From contig CP104013.1 in the NCBI GenBank assembly GCA_025839675.1, positions 3,060,001-3,092,000 of the forward strand: 32,000 nt of DNA, read 5' to 3'. The notes under the pieces were generated by a model that saw nothing but the letters and a program-made list of their open reading frames with translations, did not search any database and was not told the DNA's origin. Position 1 is the first letter of the stretch. Every line of letters begins with the position of its first letter. The stretch comes from Candidatus Lokiarchaeum ossiferum. GTDB taxonomy: Archaea; Asgardarchaeota; Lokiarchaeia; Sigyniarchaeales; Promethearchaeaceae. A program made the position numbers and the translations under genes. Shown here one piece after another: positions 7,826 to 15,413 of the stretch.

Positions 7826-9346
7826 ATGTTACAACTTATGGAAAAAGAACGTTCACGACCTCAATTTATCTGGACTATTTTGAAGGAAATCTATGCTCAT
7901 CCTGATAATTACAAAAAAAACCAAGGTAAAATTCATCAACGGATTAAAAAATGGTTGATAAAACGTTCTAATACCTACAATATTCCCCTCAAAATACAGG
8001 AAGATTCGATCGGGAATATTTTTGTAAGAAAACCTGCTCTTTCGGGGTGTGAAAACTACCCTCCCATTTTATTGCAAGCTCACTACGATATTTACGATAA
8101 AAAAGAAAGTTCCATTTATGATTTCCAGGGTTCATCGATTAGTTTCCAAGAAAAATGGATTGAAATGATAGGAACCCCCATTTTTGATGACTCAATTGTT
8201 GGTGTGGCCTTGATTCTTGCCGTGTTAATTAATAAAAATGAAATTTTTGAACATGGACCGATAGAAGCACTATTTACTGTAAAACGAGATGATAGATTTG
8301 TTGGAGCCCTTAATTTGGATGTAGATTATTTCAATATTCAAAGCAAATTCTTGTTAAATTTTGATTCAGTAGATTTAGGGGCAATAACAAATGGTACCGC
8401 GGGATGTGCAGAGTTTCTTTACTCCAAAAAAGCAACACCTATTGATCCAGGCGAGGGCAAGTATCTTACGTTTTACAAGCTTTCGATTTCTGGCTTGAAG
8501 GGAGGAGAATTAGGATCAGAAATACACTTCTTTCGTGCCAATGCAATTAAACTGATCGCCCGAGCACTTTCTTCTTTAAGTGAACACATGCAAATTAACT
8601 TAGCAGACTGGTCCGGAGGGGATCTCTATCGATTTATTCCCCGAAAATCTACGGTTATTTTTGCGGTTCATACTGATGAAGAATTCAAGGTGGAGCAAAT
8701 TTTAAAAGAAGAAAAGGGAACTATCATCAAAAAATATCGCACGTTCACCGAATATGGGTCCAATCTAGAACCTAATTTATGTATTCAGTGGGAAAAAACG
8801 AAAGCAAAACCCTATTTTTCGAAGAAGATCTCAGAATCAGCCATAGCTCTTGCAAATCTCATTCCGCATGGACTAAGTCGGTCATCTTCAGTTGAAAATG
8901 AATTTGGACGTATATCTAATAATTTTGCCAAGGTAGAGACGACCCGATCAGCAATACGTTTCCATTCAAAATCTCGCGGGGATAATGCGCCTGAATTTAA
9001 AGCTTTTAATAGAACTTTAATCCAATTGGGTGACCTTGGTGGTTGGAAAGTGAAAAATGATTATACTTTTCCAGTATGGGTGCCGCAAAAAGAGAAGGAA
9101 TTTCTGAATTTTGTGAAACATAAATATGAAGATATTCTCCAAAAACCGATTCGTATTGATAAATTGTATTGGGTATTAGAACCAGGAATAATTGCCAAAC
9201 AGATTCCGCAGATGCAAGCCCTCTCAATTGGACCAACCGAAATTGGAGTGTTTCCTGAAAATTATAAAGTCAGTGTCTATGATATTCAAATCCTCTTTCG
9301 TCTTCTACGGACAATTCTTAAGAATCTAAATCAAATCTCAATGTAA
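7826..9346 (+). CDS. PepD-like (aminoacyl-histidine dipeptidase, M20C) homolog, probably catalytically impaired
   Basis: 506 aa. Collinear with E. coli PepD as remembered: [28 protein letters not shown] vs [41 protein letters not shown] vs [21 protein letters not shown] vs SIGPTITG. Several active-site positions are substituted (see findings). Confidence 0.75.
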   Translation: [506 protein letters not shown]

Positions 9347-9367
9347 AATGAAGAGTTCTCCCAAGAT

Positions 9368-9868
9368 CTAAGGATCCAGATGAAGGGTTTCGTCATCGAG
9401 GCACAATTTTTTTTGATCTTCCTTAATCACATGGGATATCACGAGAGTTTCCAATTTTTCCACTAAATTGGATTTCATGATTTTCGAATAGACACGCTCC
9501 ATAAAAGATTTGTTATCTTGGGTTTTGACCAAGATCAGAAAGTTTTGAGCCCCTAAAATGAAATAAACCGCCCATACTTCTTCCATTCCAACTAAGAGGG
9601 ATTTCATCTTTTCAACCGAATCTTCGTGAAATTTTGCGGAAAGCAAAACAGCCGAAAGAAATTCATCTGAATGAGAAGTAAGATTCACATCAGCATGATA
9701 ACCTTGAATTATTTGTTCTTCTTCCAATCGTTTAATTCGGTAATGAATGGTGGAAAGGGATACATGTAATTTTTCAGCGAGTTTTCCATATGGAATCCGG
9801 CAGTCTCTTTGTAACTCATTTAGAATTTGTTTATCAATATTATCCAAAAAACTTCGACGATTTGACAT
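9368..9868 (-). CDS. Lrp/AsnC family transcriptional regulator
   Basis: 166 aa. N-terminal HTH (LDNIDKQILNELQRDCRIPYGKLAEKLHVSLSTIHYRIKRLEEEQIIQGY) followed by a RAM-type beta-alpha-beta-beta-alpha-beta domain. GGGAG SD-like motif upstream of the ATG. Confidence 0.9.
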   Translation of the reverse strand: MSNRRSFLDNIDKQILNELQRDCRIPYGKLAEKLHVSLSTIHYRIKRLEEEQIIQGYHADVNLTSHSDEFLSAVLLSAKFHEDSVEKMKSLLVGMEEVWAVYFILGAQNFLILVKTQDNKSFMERVYSKIMKSNLVEKLETLVISHVIKEDQKKLCLDDETLHLDP

Positions 9869-9876
9869 GCTACTCC

Positions 9877-9901
9877 CTTAATAACTAATATGGTTATTAA
9901 G
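9877..9901. promoter_or_regulatory. Perfect 9-bp inverted repeat (CTTAATAAC-n7-GTTATTAAG) just upstream of the lrp start
   Basis: Read directly: arms at 9877-9885 and 9893-9901, 9-33 nt upstream of the Lrp ATG (9868). It is a candidate autoregulatory operator; alternatively a hairpin after the acyl-CoA dehydrogenase gene. Confidence 0.35.
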
Positions 9902-9985
9902 TCAGAGTAACTCAAAAAATTTTTTGATTAGAGATAATATAAAAATAAAATTTGTAAAAAAGAGAATTCGAAAAACAAAACTAAT

Positions 9986-11239
9986 TTATAAAATTGACAT
10001 CATATCCTTTAAAGTGCGTGATACCAGGAAAAGTTGAATATTTCGGCTCCCTCCAATCACTTCTTGCACTTTACTTACCTCAAGTGCTTTATCCACCCGT
10101 AAATTATCGGTAAATGCAATTCCTCCGCAAATATGTTGGGTTTCATAAGCAATACGATGAGCAAGGTTTGAGGTTAAGAATTTTGTCCCGGAGCTGAACG
10201 CGGCATTATATTTGACGAATTTTTGATCTGGATATTTCAATAACTTTCGATATTCAATACCCGTTGTAAGTCCGAGAACTGTGGCAGACATCAATTCTGT
10301 GAATAGTTTTGTAATTGGAAAAGACACACCTTGATTATTAAATATGGGTTTTCCAAATTGTTGGCGATTATTGGTATAAATAAGCGAAGTAATAGCTGTA
10401 AGCCAACCTATTCCTAAACTAGAGCCAATAATAGTATCCCGTTCGGCAACTAAACCGGTGAATAAGTTTTTGTAACCTTGTCCTCGCCCACCAATAATGT
10501 TTTCTTTGGGCACTTTCACATTACTAAAAATTGTTTGACCAATTTCCACTCGAGGAACAGAATTGATTCCAAGTCGATGAGTTTCTAATCCTTTAAAATC
10601 CCTTTCTATTATGCCTTGATACATGGTTCCCCGAGGATTCGTTACATCGGATACCCCATAGGCAATAAAATAATCCGCTACAGGTCCATTGGTAGTATAT
10701 ACTTTCTCCCCATTAAACACCAAGTGATCATTATTATCTTGAACCGTAGTTTTCATGTTGACCGCATCGGATCCTTGAGTGCGTTCGGTAATACAAATAC
10801 AGCCGACTTTTCGACCAGAGATTGTTTCGGCAAGGATTTCTTGTGCTCGATCCGTACTGCCATGTTGAAAGATTGGATTGGTAAAAATTAACCCAGAGAC
10901 AACTCGAGCGAGATCTAATTCAGGATCCATGATTGTAGTGGCCATTGCGAGAAGCAATTCATAACGCATCCCATAATGTTCCATATCCCCAAATTTATTC
11001 AATCGTTGCATATAGTTCTTTTTACCCAATATTGGAAAAAGATCATAGACTTCTTTGGAATAATCCAGTTTGGGCTCTATTTCTTTCAACAAAAAATCTT
11101 CTAATTCATAGAGAAATGCCCGCTCTTCCTCCGTTATTAGAGGTGTTATAAAATTATTGAAAATCTTGTAAATATTTTTAGTAGAGAGTTTCTTCTTTAT
11201 CTCCCCATCCAATATATCAACGCCAGTCATGATGTCCAT
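9986..11239 (-). CDS. Acyl-CoA dehydrogenase (FAD)
   Basis: 417 aa. ITERTQGSDA (the ACAD LTEPxxGSD motif), GEKVYTTNG, and C-terminal GGIAF...IGGSRNIQ. GGAGAG SD 8 nt upstream of the ATG. The catalytic Glu appears to sit at the IVD/LCAD-type position (GLVAERD) rather than in the C-terminal YEGT motif. Confidence 0.9.
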   Translation of the reverse strand: MDIMTGVDILDGEIKKKLSTKNIYKIFNNFITPLITEEERAFLYELEDFLLKEIEPKLDYSKEVYDLFPILGKKNYMQRLNKFGDMEHYGMRYELLLAMATTIMDPELDLARVVSGLIFTNPIFQHGSTDRAQEILAETISGRKVGCICITERTQGSDAVNMKTTVQDNNDHLVFNGEKVYTTNGPVADYFIAYGVSDVTNPRGTMYQGIIERDFKGLETHRLGINSVPRVEIGQTIFSNVKVPKENIIGGRGQGYKNLFTGLVAERDTIIGSSLGIGWLTAITSLIYTNNRQQFGKPIFNNQGVSFPITKLFTELMSATVLGLTTGIEYRKLLKYPDQKFVKYNAAFSSGTKFLTSNLAHRIAYETQHICGGIAFTDNLRVDKALEVSKVQEVIGGSRNIQLFLVSRTLKDMMSIL

Positions 11240-11261
11240 TTAGGTTCTCTCCAAATGATCT

Positions 11262-12077
11262 TTAAAGACCATCCATCTTTCCCCCATTAATCGGAATAAT
11301 GGCTCCATTCATGAAATATCCTCCTTCACTGCAAAGAAAACATACAGGATCACTCACATAAGATGTTTTTCCAATTCCAAACGGAATTCTACCCTCATAA
11401 TAACTTCGGAATTTACCATCATCCTTCTTTAAGAGGTTTCCAATAATTGGAGTTTCAATCAAAGTTGGTTTTAGTGCATGGGTTCGAATATTATATCTCG
11501 CGAGTTCTTTTGCCATGGTAAGCGTCATCCCTATAACCCCTGCTTTGGAAGCAGAATATGCTAATTGCCCTGCATTTCCTTCAGCAGCTAAGGAAGCCAC
11601 GTGAATGACTACACGTGGTTTATTATCTAGAGTTGGAAGGTATTTTTCTCCTTTTTCTTTCGCCTTGGCACGGGAAAGATTCACCCATTTTGTAACCACT
11701 GCTTGAGAGCAAATCGCAGCCCCTTTCAAATTCACTTCCATGGTTAGATCCCATTTTGCTTCATCAAAACGACTGACTAGGAAATCACGTAAAATTCCAG
11801 CACAATTAACCAAAAAATCGATATCTCCTATTTTATTGAAAATTGCATCAACCGAGGCATCAACAAAGACTTTATCAGATACAGAACCGTGGAAGAATAA
11901 GATTTCTTTGTTAGTAATTGCTTTTAATTTTTCAACCGCTTCATTTCCCATTTCTTGGTTTAAATCAATAATGGCGACATTAGCACCATTTTCAGCCATA
12001 TCGGTGGCGATTTTCAGTCCTATTCCTGAGGCTCCACCAGTAATTAATATAGTTTTTCCTTCAAAATTCCATTTCAT
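11262..12077 (-). CDS. Short-chain dehydrogenase/reductase, HSD10 / 3-hydroxyacyl-CoA dehydrogenase type II-like
   Basis: TGGASGIGL cofactor motif, NCAG, catalytic YSASKAG. AAEGNAGQLAYSASKAGVIGMT resembles the remembered HSD17B10 block [23 protein letters not shown]. The track start at 12110 is TTG; the ATG at 12077 has an AGGT-type SD upstream. Confidence 0.85.
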   Translation of the reverse strand: MKWNFEGKTILITGGASGIGLKIATDMAENGANVAIIDLNQEMGNEAVEKLKAITNKEILFFHGSVSDKVFVDASVDAIFNKIGDIDFLVNCAGILRDFLVSRFDEAKWDLTMEVNLKGAAICSQAVVTKWVNLSRAKAKEKGEKYLPTLDNKPRVVIHVASLAAEGNAGQLAYSASKAGVIGMTLTMAKELARYNIRTHALKPTLIETPIIGNLLKKDDGKFRSYYEGRIPFGIGKTSYVSDPVCFLCSEGGYFMNGAIIPINGGKMDGL

Positions 12078-12297
12078 CGAATTTACCTTACCTGTCAAGG
12101 ATTTAATCAAAAATTTCTTTTGTGGTAGCTATGCGAAAGGTATCGCACCACTTTTTTTCATTTTTGATAAAAAGTACTTATAATTTAGCGATTTTTGATT
12201 AAAAAGTTTCATTTCTTTTGGAAATTATTAAAATTATTAAGCGATTTTTGGATTATATCACTATTTTCTTAAATACGTACTCTGCATATTTTCTAGT

Positions 12298-13944
12298 TTA
12301 TATCATCGATGTTTGTTTCTTTTGACCATAGGGATTAATATCACCCATGGGAACAAAAATTTTTGAATCAGTCGGCAAAATCACCGTTTTTTCGACATTT
12401 TGAAAAGATTTAACTTGTTGTAATCGCAGATATTCTTCTGTTGTAGAACTTTCAAGTAATAAGAGAGTATTTTTCAAATGTAGTTCCTCTCCTTGATTAA
12501 CTATAGATTCTCGCATTTGAATGGATTCCATTTCCCCTCGTGTTCGCTCTATTGAGGCTTCAGCTTCAATTTTAGCATTTCCGATCTCTTTAAATTTAAA
12601 ATTTGCCAGTTCCTTCTCATATAATGCTTGTTTTGTATCTTCTATTTCGATTCGTCCTTCCACCAATTGCCGTTCCGCTTCTAATTGAGCAGTTTGTTGA
12701 ATTTTATTCACATATACATCCATATTGGATTTAATGGCGGCATTGAGTTGATTCGCAATTTCAGCATCTTGAGGTAGGATTTTCTTAATATCAAGCCCGA
12801 AGATCTCGAAATAATTTTCATCAAAACGAAAATAGGTAAGATCATGCTTGAAAAGAACAGGTTCGATTAATTCAGCAGCTTTAGAATGAAATTCTTCAAA
12901 ATTGTGTTGGGCAGCTTCTTGTCGGATGATGCTAGCCATGGTTTCGGTCGCATATCCGATAAAATCTTCCACCGCAAAAATTTTTTTCAAGTTTTTGGGA
13001 TCTATATTGAACCGGGTTTTATATCTAAGATGAATCAATAACTCCGCATTATCTTTGGTTCTCACACATAGCTGATCAGAAACGAACATTGGACCCAAAA
13101 AAATCTTCCATTTAGTCAAGATATTTGGCATCTTGGGGGTTTTACCACTAATAATCAATGTTTTAAGCCGATCAAAGGGTTCTAACAAGAGCATTTTTGG
13201 TCCTATTTCTACTCGTTGTGTTTCACCAGAATTGATCATGGCAATTTCTTCCGTTTCTAATTTCAAAGGTATAGCCCGGGATGCATCAATTTGAACTCCA
13301 AGGATCTTTAAGGCTCTTTGTTCCGCGATTGAATAGTGCTTATAATAGAGTTCTTCAAAGGGAGTCAACATCAGAGTTTGAGGTCCCTTCTCTAAACGAA
13401 CTTGCCCTGTATTAAAATTCTTTATATATAGGCCATCTTGTGCACCTAAACTAATTGCCTCTATTTCCTTCTCAATTTTGGTGTATATATGCGGATAATA
13501 TATCATGGGTCCTTTTCTCATCCAGATATCCCCCGCTTTGTGCATTATTTCATCTTCCCGATAATCTTGTATACATCTGATAATAAGTCCTCTATCATGG
13601 GCCAGAACATAATTATTGTAAATTTTTCCGTCTTCCAGTATTTCTCCAGGATATAATGAAAATATACATGGCCCTTGCCGAATCTCGCGCACACCATGTT
13701 TAATAATTCGCTTCTTTGAGTCATGAGGATTGATTATAGTAGCATATTGCCCTTCTTTTATTATTATTTTTTCTCGAATAGTTCCATATAGTTTTTTCCA
13801 CCACAGATATTTTATTCTTCGGTACGGTCCTTCAATAAGGTTGACTTGACCGGTAAATTTGTTGATAACATGGCAATATTCCAATTCTGTGAGAATTAAT
13901 GTCGATATTTTGTGCGTTTTTGCTGGGGAGGAAAGTTTTTTCAT
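12298..13944 (-). CDS. Major vault protein (MVP)-like protein: MVP beta-repeats + shoulder (SPFH-like) domain + cap-helix-like coiled coil
   Basis: 548 aa from the ATG at 13944 (the track start at 13953 is GTG). Multiple collinear blocks match human MVP as remembered (details in findings). The C-terminal ~100 aa are E/A/Q/K-rich and helical. Confidence 0.7.
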   Translation of the reverse strand: MKKLSSPAKTHKISTLILTELEYCHVINKFTGQVNLIEGPYRRIKYLWWKKLYGTIREKIIIKEGQYATIINPHDSKKRIIKHGVREIRQGPCIFSLYPGEILEDGKIYNNYVLAHDRGLIIRCIQDYREDEIMHKAGDIWMRKGPMIYYPHIYTKIEKEIEAISLGAQDGLYIKNFNTGQVRLEKGPQTLMLTPFEELYYKHYSIAEQRALKILGVQIDASRAIPLKLETEEIAMINSGETQRVEIGPKMLLLEPFDRLKTLIISGKTPKMPNILTKWKIFLGPMFVSDQLCVRTKDNAELLIHLRYKTRFNIDPKNLKKIFAVEDFIGYATETMASIIRQEAAQHNFEEFHSKAAELIEPVLFKHDLTYFRFDENYFEIFGLDIKKILPQDAEIANQLNAAIKSNMDVYVNKIQQTAQLEAERQLVEGRIEIEDTKQALYEKELANFKFKEIGNAKIEAEASIERTRGEMESIQMRESIVNQGEELHLKNTLLLLESSTTEEYLRLQQVKSFQNVEKTVILPTDSKIFVPMGDINPYGQKKQTSMI

Positions 13945-13985
13945 TGTACACACTTAAAAATAACTCAAGTATTTAATTTACCAAT

Positions 13986-14004
13986 GTCACATAAATAATG
14001 TGAC
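13986..14004. promoter_or_regulatory. Inverted repeat GTCACAT-n5-ATGTGAC in the divergent intergenic region
   Basis: Read directly. It is a G/C-containing palindrome in the otherwise AT-rich 125-bp spacer (13945-14069) between the MVP-like gene and the putative regulator. Confidence 0.25.
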
Positions 14005-14069
14005 TATTGTGAATAATGAAAACTTTTTTTTCAAAGTAAAAATTGCATTTAGTATAGAGAATTAAGACA

Positions 14070-14801
14070 ATGATATATCAAGAACGAGTCCATGTTATTC
14101 CTGTTGGTGATGATGATGTTGATAGAATCGTAATTCCTGCCATTCAAGGGAAGGCTGATAAGGTGTACTTGGTCACTATGGACGATAAAGATTTGTTCCA
14201 AACTATCGTTCAAGAAGCGGAATCTCGTCTCAGAGATTTAAGGATTGAGGTAATCGTCAAACGTTGCAATTTGGAAAGCTTTAGTGATTTTATTTTAGAA
14301 ATTGCCCGCATCATTAAGTCTGAGATAGACAAGAAAAACATACTAAACTATAGTATATCTACCGGAGGGAATCTTGCCGCAGCTGCTGGAATGTTAGCTT
14401 GTCTTCTATTTCAAATTCGGCCGTATTTTATTAAAAAAGATTTTTCTATTGGGAAAATATCTAAAGAGCAGTTGAATATTCCATTATACCATATGGATGT
14501 GCCTGGAAAACCCCTTATATTATTTCTAAATGATATGAAAACTGAAATGGATAACCATGGTACCACCTCAATTTCCAAGAAGGATTGCTTGGAGCTCATG
14601 AAAAGACGTCACCCAGATGAAATTTTCTCATCTACTTCTGGTGAATATAATAAACTCAAGTTCCGCTATTTGGACAAACTTCTTGGTAATCATTTCATTG
14701 ATATTGAAAGTAAAGTTCGCGGAAGAATCTCAATTACCTCTGAAGGACTGTTTGCTTGGGATTTCTTCACTATTTATTACAACGTTTCATCAAGAAATTA
14801 G
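14070..14801 (+). CDS. Putative regulator: N-terminal Rossmann-like CARF/Csa3-like (HFX_2341/DUF6293-like) domain + C-terminal winged-HTH-like region
   Basis: 243 aa. The N-terminus RVHVIPVGDDDVDRIVIPAI...KVYLV...STGGNLAAAAGMLA fits the pattern of archaeal Csa3-N-like domains as I remember them. The C-terminus (KKDCLELMK...YNKLKFRYLDKLLGNHFIDIESKVRGRISITSEGL) looks like a wHTH. Pattern-level call only. Confidence 0.4.
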   Translation: MIYQERVHVIPVGDDDVDRIVIPAIQGKADKVYLVTMDDKDLFQTIVQEAESRLRDLRIEVIVKRCNLESFSDFILEIARIIKSEIDKKNILNYSISTGGNLAAAAGMLACLLFQIRPYFIKKDFSIGKISKEQLNIPLYHMDVPGKPLILFLNDMKTEMDNHGTTSISKKDCLELMKRRHPDEIFSSTSGEYNKLKFRYLDKLLGNHFIDIESKVRGRISITSEGLFAWDFFTIYYNVSSRN

Positions 14802-14975
14802 GATCCCCATCATCTATTCAATGGAGCTGAAATTCAAAAAAAAAGATGTTTTTCCAAATAAGACTGTCTGAATTACGAATTTCTTTTAACAATCTTAAAT
14901 TAATAGCATGTTCTTCGACCTATTTACAAAGATTATATTTGGAGGGAGTGGTTTAACACAATTGGAGATATTTTT

Positions 14976-15413
14976 ATGAAATCAATAATCCGAATGCGAA
15001 TGTCCATGCATGATGCCCATTATGGTGGGAATTTAGTTGATGGCGCGAAAATGCTTAATCTTTTTGGTGATGTTGCCACAGAGTTGCTAATTCGAAATGA
15101 TGGTGATGAAGGTCTTTTCCGAGCTTATGACAATGTTGAGTTCTTAGCCCCCGTTTATGCAGGCGATTACATTGAAGCCACGGGTGAAATTATTGGAATC
15201 GGCAATAGTTCCCGGAAGATGCAGTTCGAAGCTCGCAAAGTAATTATTCCTCGACCGGATTTAAATGATAGTGCTTGTGATGTGCTCACAGAACCTATTG
15301 TTGTTTGTCGTGCCAGTGGAACTTGTGTTGTACCGAAAAACAAGCAGCGAAATTTGATTCCAATATCCCAATCTACAGTACCAACTTCCCCTAGTGGTTT
15401 AGCATTTAAATAG
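14976..15413 (+). CDS. kal: 3-aminobutyryl-CoA ammonia-lyase (hotdog fold)
   Basis: 145 aa. [67 protein letters not shown] matches my memory of Kal proteins from lysine-fermenting bacteria. GGAG SD 8 nt upstream. The last 15 nt overlap the convergent giant ORF. Confidence 0.8.
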   Translation: MKSIIRMRMSMHDAHYGGNLVDGAKMLNLFGDVATELLIRNDGDEGLFRAYDNVEFLAPVYAGDYIEATGEIIGIGNSSRKMQFEARKVIIPRPDLNDSACDVLTEPIVVCRASGTCVVPKNKQRNLIPISQSTVPTSPSGLAFK

